A stretch of 64,000 nucleotides of DNA. It comes from Octopus sinensis. Taxonomy: Eukaryota. This document shows, piece after piece, positions 40,379 through 53,312 of the stretch. The notes beneath the pieces were generated by a model. The model was not told where the DNA came from. It saw only the letters and a program-made list of their open reading frames with translations, and made no database searches. A program made the translations under genes and the position numbers. Numbering within the stretch: the stretch's first letter is position 1; every line of letters begins with the position of its first letter. The stretch covers positions 176,700,001 to 176,764,000 of the forward strand of contig NC_042998.1 in the NCBI RefSeq assembly GCF_006345805.1, read 5' to 3'.

Positions 40379-40821
40379 ACTCATTCACATTGTTTTGAAT
40401 TAATCATGCAGTATCTTGTAGCTTCAAAATTCTGATGACTTGATACTTTATTGGAAATATAATCAAGAATAGGTAAGCATGTGATTCAAACAATATTACG
40501 AGTTCCACTTTCCCTAATCTAGTTATCCCAGTTATGTAGTAAGGAGACAATCTTCTTTATACACCTTGTACCAAATCTCTGTTGAAAGTCATATTATCAT
40601 TGTATGCGTGTATGTGCACATTGATATACCAGTTTTTCATGTTATACTGTAAAGTGTACTGAAGGGTTTGCCAAATAAATATCAAGAGAAGGGGAAAATT
40701 GATATGGATGTAGATAGGTAAGGGTATGTAATGCCTGTTATAAAAAAGTTTGATTCACAAACACAAATTTCCTGAGTTCATGCCACGGGTAGGCATTATT
40801 ATTGATAGCCTCAAAAAATCA

Positions 40822-41050
40822 TTAACCCTTTTGTTACTGTATTTATTTTGAGATGCTCTGTGTTTCTTTAAATTATTTTAAATATAACAATGAATTTAGT
40901 AAAATAACTTACTTATCATTAAGCTAGTGTTAGGAACATAAATTGCAACTAATGTTTGCTGGTATATTTTAATGAAAAACTAATGAAAACAAGACATTTA
41001 TACTACAGAGCCAGAGCCGGTTTCGGCCGGGTTGGTAACGAAAGGGTTAA
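40822..41050. mobile_element. piggyBac-type MITE family D
   Basis: TTAA|CCCTTTTGTTAC...GTAACGAAAGGG|TTAA. Confidence 0.85.
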
Positions 41051-42939
41051 AGAAACAACCAAAGACATGGAAATATATTTTTGTGTAAGACTTAGATGAT
41101 ACAATGTATGCAAAGTTCCTTAACCGACGGATGACCCATCCAGCTAGCAAGGGGAAAGGAAAACAAAAAAAAATGAACATTGAAACTGTAATGGAGGGAT
41201 TGTGGTGGTGGTGGTGGTGGTGGTAGTGATGATAACAATGATGGCAGAAGTGATGTTCATGATGATGATGATGACAAAGATGACAACAGTGATGATGATG
41301 ATGATATCGGTTAATTAGCTACTCTCCCCCATTTTATTCCTTGATCGAAAGACCACCTTTCTCATGACATTAGAGCTTAGTGTAAGAAAATACATCTCAA
41401 TGTCAAACAGTCTTTGAATGCGTCAAATCAGTTTTAACAAAATTAACATATTTGTTGGAAAACATTACCTTTTTGTTTAAATCAATTTTGAAAATATGGA
41501 AGATTTTATCAGAATAACTTTGTTGGTGTTTGGAACATAAATGAACATGAAATTTCAATGGAAGATTTTTTTAATTTAGATCACTTTAAACCAGGATGTT
41601 TGTATCATACAACCAGGGGTGGTCCCCAATGGATTGATATTTAAGTTAAAATATTTTTAAAAGCCAATGCAAAGCAACAATGCTGTGAAAAAATGACATT
41701 AGTTCAGTGGCTATTATTTTGACAAAGAGACAACTCTGGGCATGCTTCATTCTTATTAGACCTTCTCAGCAAAGCATACTGCTCGCTGTAGTTGCTAAAG
41801 GTTGTAATGAGAGAATCAGTAGATGTCTAACATTGTTCATGAGTAAACATGAAAGAGTAAATGATTAAAAAAAAAAAAGGAAAAAGAAATAATCATTGCA
41901 GTGAAAATTACTCAAAGAAATTATTCATAAGTATAACTGGATTCACATAAATATGCTAGTAACTATGAATGCAAAAGAGGAAAGTGTTCAGATAGTTGGT
42001 ACAGAAATATGGTACCATTGGGGAAGTGTTAAAATTTTACCAAATGAAAATAAATGACAGAAATAATTAAAGAAAAATTTGAATAATATACTTAAGATAT
42101 CAACAACAAATGAGTCGAAGAAGGGAGCTGCTAATGTGCTCAAAATAACAAAAAAAAAATCTCCCTATTACCTTCAAGAGAAGACATCAGACAATTTAGT
42201 ACTGGATACACTTGAGTCTAGAGAAAGCAGACAAGATAGACACTTAAAATTTTAAGTCTGCTGGATCAGAGCTATTCAAGGACTAACTAAAAGCAACAGC
42301 GACAATCATAACCAATAAGATGAGACAATTTAACTAAAAGCAGAAATTAAGTGATTTAATGAACCTGTTAAAATCATCTTTGAAGGAGAAATATCAAAGT
42401 TGCTTTAAGATATAAACCATTACTTCTAACGCAAACCACTTCAAACAAGCCTTGTTCTAAGCATCATATTAAACATAATTAGCATCACAGACGGTCATTA
42501 GTTTAGAAAGCCAAACATCAGGTAACTTGCTATCTTTATCTATGACATCAAACTATCTACCTTTGTCATTCTAGAGGGAAATAGATATTAGATGCAGATA
42601 AACATGATACGTTCTCAGTATCGTGATGAAGACCAATCAAAAAATAAGAACTGTGTTTTCTTCACATGGGAATATAAGATATAGCCAAAAAAAAAAAAAA
42701 AAGAAAAAAATTGTTTCAGTAACTGCTTCTTTTTCATTCATCATTCCTTCTTTCTTTCTCTTACACACAATCTACTCTTTCTCTTTCTCTCTCTCTCTCT
42801 TTCTTTCTCCCACCACATACATTGCTAGATAAGATGTTCATTAGCGAGTGGTGGGAATAATTTACAAATCTATCTTCAAAAGAAATAAATATATATAAAT
42901 GTGTATATACAAACAGACAAATACTTGTACATGTGTATG

Positions 42940-42971
<32 letters not shown>

Positions 42972-43482
42972 CTGATAAACAGTTACACATACATACACAC
43001 AATTTTTTTAGTCATTAAGCTTCATTTTATTGGATAACAATACAAAATACATGCATATAAGTAAAAGCACTCTGTTACTAATAGCAATTGAAAAACTATA
43101 TGTGCTTGTTTATAATTTTCTAAATTTTCTTTCTCAACTACTAATGTTTCAGTGCCATTCATCTGACAGCAAAATAGCAGAATCTGTAGAGCAGAGAACC
43201 AAATATCGTGTGGTATTTTTTCTGGTTCTCGGCCACTTTTTCCCAAAGCCATGTACTTGTGCACATTCATATATTTTACAACTGGGAAAGGCTAAAAACC
43301 AACATGCACATACAAGGGTTTTGAAATAAAATCATATTTACTTTAATTGAAGATATATGAGCAATGGTCATGGTTAATTCCATGGATGCATACATACTTT
43401 TCAAAAAAAAAAAGAAAAACGACAAAATTTTCAAACAATGCATATTCTAAGCACATGTAAAGTAAAAAAAAAAAGAAATTAG

Positions 43483-43651
43483 AGGCACAGGAGTGGCTGT
43501 GTGGTAAGTAGCTTGCTTACGAACCACATTGTTCCGGGTTCAGTCCCACTGCGTAGCACCTTGGGCAAGTGTCTTCTGCTACAGCCTTGGGCCAACCAAA
43601 GCCTTTGAGTGGATTTGGTAGACAGAAACTGAAAGAAGCCTGTCATATATA

Positions 43652-43692
<41 letters not shown>

Positions 43693-43925
43693 CTGTATGC
43701 GTGTGTGTATATGTTTGTGTGTCTGTGTTTGTCTCCCCAACATCGCTTGACAACCGATGCTGGTGTGTTTACGTCCCTGTAACCTAGCGCTTCGACAAAA
43801 GAGACCCATAGAATAACTACCAGGTTTACAAAGAATAAGTCCTGGGGTCAATTTGCTCAACTAAAAAGGTGGTGCTCCAGCATGGCCACACTCAAATGAC
43901 TGAAACAAGTAAAAGTGCAAAAGAG
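43483..43925 (+). mobile_element. Full-length SINE family A
   Basis: AGGCACAGGAGTGGCTGTGTGGTAAG...GGGTTCAGTCCCACTGCG..CCTTGGGCAAGTG...GACTGAAACAAGTAAAAG. Confidence 0.92.
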
Positions 43926-44684
43926 AGGAAACACTGTTTTCTATACTGCTGAGATCAACATGCCTTTTATCTAATTAGAATTGATAGAATAAAATACCAG
44001 TCAAGGCCAGTTGGAATGGCAGAATTATTAGAGCATTCTTGTATTGTTTTTATTTTCCCCCTTTCATTAAACCTCTAAGACTCATAAAACCAGTCATAAA
44101 ACCAGAGCTTAATCCTATTTCCATCCAGTGTAAGTGACTGGGATCACAACACTTAATCCAGAACAGGATGTGTGGCTGAACATTGAGTCAAGACTCTTTG
44201 TTCTGACCCTTTGAATTTTAAGTACTTGGATGCTAGACCTAATTTGTTGCTCTGCTTAACACAACCACCTGGTCCTTAGGTGCTTTTACTAGAGTCTATA
44301 TCAGGTTGCAAGTATTCAGGACTCACTCCTGTTGTTTTCTTTTTAATCATTTACTGCTACTACACATAAAAACCATCTTGACTCCTCCTCCTCAACATTT
44401 AAATGTCTACTTTGGTATGCTTGCATGGGTCACAAAGAATTAATTGAGGTAAATTTTCTATGGCAACTCACTTCCTGTTGCTAATCCTCAGGTGTTTCCA
44501 AGCAAGGATTAATAATCCCCTCATCTATCACACAATGAACAGTCCAAACTAGAAACAAACAACACTTGAATGTTTACAAGTTGTGAAGCACACATGAACA
44601 TGAGAAAACGTGAACTTGTTCACACTATCACATACATAAATATATAGCTACCTACATGAGTTAAACATACACATACTTATTGAG

Positions 44685-44828
44685 TTCCTTCCACCAATTT
44701 CACTCACAAGGTTTTGGTCAACCCATGACTATAGTATAGAACATTAGTTAACAACATTCAGTGGGACTGAAACCCTAACCATATGGTTTTGAGGCCAGCT
44801 CCATAACCTCACAGCCATGCCTGTGCTT
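44685..44828 (-). mobile_element. SINE family A head fragment
   Basis: CACTCACAAGG..TGGTCAACC...CAGTGGGACTGAAACC...CACAGCCATGCCTGTGC. Confidence 0.65.
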
Positions 44829-44829
44829 A

Positions 44830-45300
44830 TACAAGGTCTGATTAATAAGTATCTGAACTGTTGCTATAGTAATGAAACTAAAGCATGCAGAGTGAAGTGG
44901 CATGGCACAGATTCACCTTGAACTTGGGTTTGCATATGCACTAAGTTTTAACGTTCTAGCTCACTTATGCTGTTTACAGCAGTGTTTGGAAGGAAGGTAT
45001 GTAGTGTGTGATCATCGCACTGACCTTGACAGAGAAAGTTGTCATGGTGATACCTGCTCAAAGGCTTACACAAAGTTGCAGAAAGTGTATAGAGAGGAGT
45101 GTAAGAGCTGCACATCAAATTACCATCCTTGAGTTATCAGAGGATAAGCAGTCCATTATCACTGAAGATTTGGTTATGAGCCACATGCCTGCCAAGTTTG
45201 TGCCAAAACTGCTTTCAACTGATCAAAAAGACACTGGGGTTTCAGTTGCACAAGATATCCTTGATTGTATCGAGAATGATGAAAACTTTCCGAAAACTTA
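44830..45300 (+). mobile_element. mariner remnant: left end plus internally deleted transposase N-terminus
   Basis: TA|CAAGGTCTGATTAATAAGTATC TIR-like start; GDTCSKAYTKLQKVYREEC and ITILELSE...IITEDL.M...AKFVPKLLSTDQK...VAQD.LDC.ENDENF. Confidence 0.8.
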
Positions 45301-45302
45301 GT

Positions 45303-45478
45303 GCTGTCCTCTGACTTGCCAGCTCTTGTTGAACCATCCAACCCATGCCAACAAGGAAAACGGGCATTAAAACCAGGCACTGGGGGCTTGGTGCAGTCTT
45401 CTGCCTTGCCAGTTCTTGTCAAATAGTCCAACCCATGCCAGTATGGAAGTATGGAGGCAGTAAATGATGATGATGTAG
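45303..45478 (+). mobile_element. Family C 3' end, internally duplicated
   Basis: CTTGCCAG.TCTTGT...TCCAACCCATGCCA occurs twice; (GAT)n tail. Confidence 0.7.
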
Positions 45479-45499
45479 TGTTTTTTTTTTTTTTGTTTG

Positions 45500-45960
45500 T
45501 TTGTTGCTAAGACTGTATAAAGCTTTTTAAGATCTCAATTCATGGAATCAGTGTAGATTTGGCATGAGTGACATGTGAACGATTGAATGATTTAGTGCAG
45601 AATGTTACACAGGAATAAAGGACAGTATAATTGTATGGGAGAGGGCATTGTTGGTATAGCAATAGCCAATAGGTCACGGAGTAAACGAGGGTCAGTGAGT
45701 ACTCCATCAGCACATATCACTGGAAGGAAGCCACTCTCTCAAGGGACAAGAGATTAACATAGCATATAGGGGCAGGCACTTTTGGCAGGAGATTCAAAGG
45801 TCACTATCAAAAGCTTTACTGATGTCAAGACTTTCATTAAATTCTTAAAGGCACTTACTGGTGAGCGATACAGGAGAGCAGGTCCCCTATAGAGTTGCAC
45901 AAACCAAACTGGCAATCACTAAGAAAAACAACAGATATGGTCAAAGGATTGCTCATGATT
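45500..45960 (-). mobile_element. CR1-type RT remnant
   Basis: Minus-strand CTTGACATCAGTAAAGCTTTTGATAGTG = LDISKAFDS. Confidence 0.6.
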
Positions 45961-46277
45961 GTCTTCATTAACATTGAGATGCCATATTGTTAGGACATTG
46001 TGCCTGTATATCATCAGTTAACAAGCACCATCACTACCACCATTTTGCAAAATGGCAGAAAAGTTAGGATCAGACAAAATCCCTTACATTACCTGTTCTA
46101 ACTCTAAAATTTGATTTCAAAATAAGCCAAGGTAAACTTTGCTCGTCATTCTACTGATATCAATGACAAAACATTAAACCTGGATTAGTTTATTCAACTA
46201 ACGCCCTTCCTCAAATTTCAAATGTTGTGTCTATGTTATGAATAATTATTATGATTATTATTATTATTATTATTATT

Positions 46278-46740
46278 AAGATGGTAAGCTGGCAGAATCA
46301 TTAGTACACTGGACGAACTGCTTGTCATTCACTATGTTCTGAGTTCAAATTCTGTCACGGTCGACTTTGCCTTTCATCCTTCCAGAGTCGATAAATTAAG
46401 TACCAGTGGAATACTGGGGTCAATGAAATCGATTTAACCCCTCCTCTCAGATTTCAGGCCTTGTACCTTCAGTAGAAAGGATTATTATCATTATCATTAT
46501 TAAGGCAGTGAGCTGGCAGAATCGTTAGCATGCTGGATGAAATATGTAGCACTGTTTCATCCACTGCTATATTCTGAATTCAAATTCTACTGAGGTCAAC
46601 TTTTGCCTTTCATCCTTTCGAGGTTGATAAATTAAGTACCAGTGAAACACTGGTGTTAATATAATATAACTGACTAGTCCTCTCCCTGAAATTTAAGGCC
46701 TTGAGCCTCTAGTAGAAAGGATCATCATCATCATTATTAT
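46278..46740 (+). mobile_element. Two tandem SINE family B variants with an alternative 3' tail ending in (ATT/ATC)n
   Basis: Heads at 46278 and 46503; tails ...GGCCTTG..CCT..AGTAGAAAGGAT(T/C)AT... Confidence 0.8.
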
Positions 46741-47570
46741 TTAGTAGTAGTAGCAGCAGCAGTAGCAGTAGTAGTAGTAGTAGTAGTAACAACAGCAAAA
46801 ATACTAAACAAATAAATGACAATATATCTCACTTTATTTCCATGTACAATCACATACATAAATAGTAACAGAAAAGATTTATGTTGGAAAAAAACAAAAC
46901 AAAAAAAGAACAAAAAGAAAAACAATCGACAACACCAACAACAACAAAAACTAATCGATATTGTCGAAAGTTGGTGTTTGCTGAGGTTTCTCTTCCTATT
47001 AAGATAACTCAACGAAATTGCAATTAGCTTTCATTGTTCACTTCATATTAAACAATTTTGCAGATATCATAAACCATTATTGCACAACAGAATTCAATTA
47101 AATCCACATAGATAGCAATGGCACTTGCTATATTCCTCAGTGAATGATTTGCAGCCAACAGTGTTTAGTGAATGTCTGAGGAATGGGAGAGAAGGGGGAT
47201 ACCAGTGACTCCTGCTGCATTGTATATTAGTAGTAAAGTAGTAGCTGTTAGCATATTTGTTGTAGCAAACCACGAGATTTAATTCAATTTAATTAAAATT
47301 ACACCCTTAATAATGAGAGTAAATTTTTGTCAAAATGACGGATTTCTGCACTTAAAGACAAGGGTAGACAACAGCCAAATTGTAATTAAAAGTTAATTAG
47401 AATTAGATAAATAAAGAATCTAGTCTCATACCAGCAGACAGAAACAAAATGGCAGTTACTGTTGGAAATACTTGCTTATTTGCATGTATATCATTGCATG
47501 CTCATTAAATTACATCATTTCTATATCATATTAGTTACATTAGAGTATTTAATATCATATACATACATGC

Positions 47571-47601
<31 letters not shown>

Positions 47602-47804
47602 CACACACGTGTGTGTGTATATATATATATATATGTATGTACACATACATACATACACACGAGTGAGTGGACAAACAAAACAATTTACTGAGTGTTACAT
47701 GTATGGATCAAAACAGTTTGATTCAAATTCGTTGGTACTCTCAAGTTTCAAGTGCAATGCTAGTCATCAGTCATTTTGAAAAATTAAATCAAACTGTTTT
47801 GATT

Positions 47805-47865
<61 letters not shown>

Positions 47866-47989
47866 TATACATATATATATCACACAAATAATGTGTGTGT
47901 GTGTGTATACACGTATGCATTTATACATATATATATATTATATATGCATATATATGCCATGAAGCCTCCCCTGTCTTGCAAGATACATG

Positions 47990-48265
47990 GTGGTCCCTTC
48001 CCACTGGTGGTGGTGTCACAAAAAATGCACCCAGTACACTCTGTAAAAGTTGTTTGTGTTAGGAAGGGTATCCAGCTGCAGAAACCATATCAAAACAGAC
48101 AACAGAGTTTACGATAGTCCTCTGGCTTGCCAGCCCTTGTGAAACTGTCAAACCCATGCAAGTATGGCATGGGTTGGACAGTTTTTTACCTTTTTCCTTC
48201 TCTATAATATAGTGATAGCTCTTCTGAAAGTCTGCCAATCAACAATATTGATGATGAGGATGATG
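47990..48265 (+). mobile_element. Family C repeat carrying a complex insertion at its 3' end
   Basis: GCACCCAGTACACTCTGTAAAAG..TTAGGAAGGGTATCCAGCTG...; see findings. Confidence 0.8.
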
Positions 48266-49662
48266 TATGCATACACATACATTTACATTAGATATCCGGG
48301 CAAGCGTTCACCCCCAACTTTCACACATTATCTTCGTCCAATGCCTCGTTTCACTACCAGCAGCCCTGCATAAGTATCATACAATCTGTTCATAGACGAG
48401 AGCAAAATGACATATAGAAACTTTTACAGTAGTTAAAAATAGATCTTTGTGCTATTTTGGTGATATTCAATTTAAGAAGAAGCTGATGACTATCATAAGA
48501 GATGCGACATTAGACTATTTGCAAGTAACACTCCTGTATGAATTGGTAAATTACTGATGAGCCAGCGGAGGGTCATACATACATACAAGCACATATATAT
48601 GAATACATACACATTACATATAAATATATACATATAAGTACATTGCTGTTACCAACAGCCAATTTTCTATTTAATAAACGATTAGTAAAAAAAAAAACTA
48701 TTATACTTGCAGGACTAGTGTAATAGATGATTGGTGGACTTTCAGAATAGCATTCCTACATGGAGAAAATGCCAAAAAAATTTACCGGGGAAGGGCACAG
48801 AATTGGATGGCAAAAATGTACAAATATTGCATGCTTTGGATAAAAGGTTGTTTCACAGAAGGAAACAATCACCAACATTTTTTTGATCCTTTTCCTTCTC
48901 CATAAGGTAGTGATAGCACTTCTGAAAGTCTGCCAGTTAACAATTACACCTATCTCATGAGTATAATAGTTTATTTACTAATCTTTTGGAAAATGAGATA
49001 ACAAAGCAATAAAAGACTATCTTATGGACAACATTGGCTTACAGCCGTTTCTGCTTTAAGAGGCAGTGGACTCATAGTTAAGTGCCTGAGAAACACCTCA
49101 TAGCTTCATCAGAGCCTTGAATATGAAGTGCAAAGAAATGGCACTTTATCTCATTTTCTTATTACAGCTCTGTACTTGACTAACGCGTATACATATGTAT
49201 ATCGAGTCCTACACCAGGTTATTCATGTAAGTGAATTATTAAAACTAACCTTTTAGTAAACAATTGGCTATGAATAAGTACTTACCTATCTACACACACA
49301 CACACACACACACAAACACACAATCAAGCAAGTGTGGTTTATAAGTTTCATGCGCAGTTATGAGGTTCTGGGCTGGTTCTTTCTGCCTCGCCCAATAACC
49401 AAGTGTTTTCTACTATATAGTTTTAGGTTGGCCTATGCTTTGTGAGTGGAAGTGTATGTGTTTGTGTGTGTGTAAGACCACAAGAATAAATATCGTACTT
49501 GATTAGTGACAGAAAGGGCTGTCAGCCATATGAAAGTTACCTGAACAAGTTTTGTCTAACTCATGCAAGCACAGAGAAACAAAATGTTAGAAAAATGATG
49601 ATGTATTTGTAAATTGATGTTAATCTTAATATTAATATGTGTTGTTCCCTCTGTGCTAATGT

Positions 49663-49980
49663 GAAGGCACAGCTCAGTGGTTAGATTGTTGGGCTCACAC
49701 TCATTAAGTAGTGAGCTCGATTCCTGAACTGGGCTGTGTTTTGTGCTCTTGAGCAAGACACTTTATTTCACGTTGCTCCAGTTCTCTCAGCTGTAGAAAC
49801 GAGTTGCGATGTCACTGGTGATAAGCTGTATCAGCCTTTGCCTTTCTCTTGGATAACATCAGTGGTGTGGAGAGGAGAGATTGCTGTGTATGGGCAACTG
49901 CTGGTCTTCCATAAAACAACTCTGCCTGTAGTTGTGCCTCAGAGGGGAACCTTCTAGGAAAATCCCATGGTCATTCATGA
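49663..49980 (+). mobile_element. tRNA-derived CORE-type SINE ('family F')
   Basis: Box A CAGCTCAGTGGTTAG, box B GAGCTCGATTCC, then TGTGCTCTTGAGCAAGACACTTTATTTCACGTTGCTCCAGTTCTCTCAGCTGTAGAAACG, alignable by eye to the MIR CORE domain. Confidence 0.75.
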
Positions 49981-50000
49981 TACATGTATATGTGTGTATG

Positions 50001-50031
<31 letters not shown>

Positions 50032-50199
50032 GTATATATAAACATGCATACATATGCACAAGTTTTTATATGTGTACAAAGCAGATGTTACATGAGGATG
50101 ATGGTGATGATGATTTATATTTGTTACCTAAGTGCTCTAATTAGCAGTAGACAGAGATGCTGCAAAAGCACAGTCTCCAGAGTAGGTGGGGTATTCAGG

Positions 50200-51190
50200 G
50201 AACAGTTTATCATTGCAGGCAACAAAAGGATTCTCACTAAGAGTGAAGGCCAAATTGTAAGACATTTGTGCAGCCTTGACTGCAATGAATAGACACTGAA
50301 TGTGGAAGGCAAGTAAAATCTGGGGAAAAGTGATGAGAGCATATTTGGCAGAATGTGTAATGTTCAAAGTGCATGAATGATGGGTCTCAAATGAACTGAG
50401 AGAAAGAAGAAAAAAAACTTTTATATAAGGATAATAAGGTGTAGTGTGGCAAGAGTGAATGTTGAGCTGTACCAGACATGTGATGCATATGGAAGATGAC
50501 AGCTGAATGATAGCAGCACACTTGCTCTTTTAGTGAGGCTGAAAAGAAAAAGGCATGGAGGTTAATGAATGAGAATGTAAAAGAGGAAGAAATGGACTAT
50601 GTAAATAGATCCAACAGAAGAACCAGCCATTGAAATTGACAGCTATGTGGTCTAATGTGCGATAAAGGAAATACGAAGTCTGTAAATGCAGCCAGACCTT
50701 CAGGGATATTCACAGTAATGTTGAAAACATCTGGTGAAGTAGGTCATGCACTAGTTAATCAGGTAAGTTATGGGAAGGTGTCATATGCAGTTATTGGCGA
50801 AGTTGTATGATGAAAACCAAACAGAAATACTCCAGAGACAAATAACTGCAGAGGCATCAAGGTTGAAAGGGTTAAAGCGCACCTGGTTAGGGAGAAAATT
50901 AGCAGAGATGTGACACAGTTCTGGATTGTGCCTTTTTCTTGTGAGACAACTACAGAAACGTTTAGTTTAAAGTAAGCCATTCTTTCTATTTAGCATTCAT
51001 CAGCCTGGAGAAAACCATTGATAGGGTTTCAAAGTTTGTAGTCAGGTTTACGGTGCCATCAGATGGCAATGAGCGGTTCCATAGGTGTTAGTTCTCAGTA
51101 TCCTCCTTTTGTATTATAGTTCTCATGTATGCTGATGACCTAGTTTCTATAGCTGGTTCTGTCAAAGATTTAGTGGAAGAATACCTAGAA
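50200..51190 (+). mobile_element. Degenerate RTE LINE RT region
   Basis: AARPSGI..VMLKTSGEVG, N.RGIK, FLVRQLQ, LEK.IDRV, VLS.LL.II, MYADDLV. Confidence 0.75.
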
Positions 51191-51332
51191 TCAAGAAGTG
51201 ATAAAATAATATTCTTTCAGCTAGCTCTGTTCATAAGGCTAACACCAGTGACCATCATTTAATTCTAAGAAAATTCAATTTCCAGAAATGAGCTCAGAAT
51301 TCAAAAGAATTATTTTTTACAGATGGAATATA

Positions 51333-51550
51333 TTAATCCTTTAACATTTAAACCGGCCATATCCAAATATTCTACTTGTTTTCTGTTCATCAGCCAAATC
51401 TAGCCTCTCATGCCTACCCTACAATGTCATTCTAAAAATAAACAATCACTTCATTGAAATCTCAAAGTTAAGAGATAATGCATAATTAATTCAAAGCAAT
51501 GTGAATAAATAAGCATTACATTTGTCAGCGTCATCCGAAACTAATTAACT
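51333..51550 (+). mobile_element. MITE-like family E copy (TTAA-flanked left end)
   Basis: TTAATCCTTTAACATTTAAACCGGCCATATCC...; similar to 31790-32103. Confidence 0.6.
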
Positions 51551-51744
51551 ATGGAACTATATAACTGAATGCTGTTTTAGTTAACCAACAGTTAGCTTCC
51601 TGAAAGTATGCATCTTAGCACTTAAAACCATTCTTTCTTGGTGTGACTACACTGCAAAATTGTAGAAGATAAACACATTAGACATAGGCTTGAAATGCAC
51701 TGAGATTAATATCAGAATTCTTATGGTAGAAAAAAAATTTCCTG

Positions 51745-51935
51745 TCACATAAAAAGCACCCAGTACAGTTTGTAAAGAGGTTTTGCAACAGGAAGGTTTG
51801 CAGCAATATCAACTATACCAAAACAGACATCGGAGTCTGCCAGTCTCTGGCATAACAGTTTGTGTCAAACCATCCAACCCATGCTAACATAGAAAGCGGA
51901 TGTTAAATAATGATGATGATGATGATGATAATGAT
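51745..51935 (+). mobile_element. Family C repeat with (GAT)n tail
   Basis: CACATAAAAAGCACCCAGTAC...CCATCCAACCCATGCTAACATAGAAAGCGGATGTTAAATAATGATG. Confidence 0.75.
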
Positions 51936-52199
51936 GAATGAATGAATTAATAAAATAATATGGTGCCTATCTAGAATTAAATGTATGTAAGAAACAAAAA
52001 CACCATCAGGAAATCTATTCAAATTCCTCAACATGGAATTTCTGTTTAACAATATATCAGCAGAATTCAGTAAATCTACCTTCAGATGAAAGCTCAAGGA
52101 CTATTTTAAGTTAAAAATAAACTTCAGTCATAAACCTTTACAACCAATGCATCTTCTTTACAAGCACGGGAAGTTCTGGGAAGTTCTGCCTATATCTGA

Positions 52200-52690
52200 C
52201 TCAGAAGTTGTCACAAAAGATAAAAGTTGATACTCTGCTAGAATCTGTCAAATCAAACTCTTTGCATACTAGATCCTGTACTATCATGGATAATTATTTG
52301 TCTGTCAGAAAGCCTTGCTGTTGATCAATTACAGAATTAACTAAGGTACCAATATCAATAGGATGTTTACTGGATCTATTGAAATTTGCATGACTAGACT
52401 TACTGAAATTACTCCTCTTCTCAAAAACGAAAGCTCTAAATACAGAACAATTATACAATTATTAGACTCAGTATCTTTCACTCTACCTCTTACTGTAAAA
52501 ATCATTGCACAGCTGGTTACCAGATGTATACAGAATTATTTGCAGACAAACTCAATTCTATCAATATTACATTACAGGACTGGTTTCTCAGAAGTGATTT
52601 TCTTGATTTAAATTTGGAGCTCAACACAGTTAATCATGGCATCTTTATACATCATCATTAATCATATTTTAGTTTTGATATGTTGGTCCA
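52200..52690 (+). mobile_element. L2/CR1-group RT remnant
   Basis: LDPVLSWII, ITPLLKN, LDL...NTVNHGI (LDLSAAFDTVNH-like). Confidence 0.55.
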
Positions 52691-52833
52691 CTGGTTTTGT
52701 TCTTAACCCACCCAAAGATGTAAGGCTGAACATGCCGATGCTACTTGTAGAACACTTAATCCTCAGCTGCCCTCACTACACATTGCTTCATGGTCCAGTA
52801 TTTTGCCAACTGGTTAAAAATCTTTCCCCTCAT

Positions 52834-52996
52834 AGGTGCAGGTGTGGCTGTGTGGTAAGAACCTTACTTCCCAACCACATGGTTCCAGGTTTAGTTCCAC
52901 TGCACAACAACTTGGGCAAGTGTCTTTTACTATAGCCACAGGCCAACTGAAAGCCTTGTGAGTAGATTTGGTAAAGGGAAACTGAAAAAACCCATC

Positions 52997-53074
<78 letters not shown>

Positions 53075-53312
53075 GTATATATGTGTGTGTATGTATCTTT
53101 GTATATGTGTTTGTCCTCCATCACCACTTGACAACTGGTGTTGGTGTGTTTATGTTCCCATAACTTAGCAGTTTGGCAAAACAAAACTGATAGAATAAGC
53201 CATTAAGCTTAAGAAAAAAGTCCTGAGGTCATTTTGTTCAATTAAAACCCTTCAAGGCAGTGCTCCAGTATGGCCACAGCCAGATGACTGAAACAAGTAA
53301 AAGAGTAAAAGA
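52834..53312 (+). mobile_element. Full-length SINE family A
   Basis: AGGTGCAGGTGTGGCTGTGTGGTAAG...GACTGAAACAAGTAAAAGAGTAAAAG. Confidence 0.88.

Noticed and set aside
43483-43560. tRNA-like box A/box B sequences here and at 49663 and 57847
   Set aside because: They are SINE heads without a complete cloverleaf, not tRNA genes.
49280-49290. Consensus minus-strand donor AG|GTAAGT as the end of the missing 5' exon
   Set aside because: The upstream sequence is a (TG)n tract and such hexamers are frequent; cannot be assigned without RNA data.
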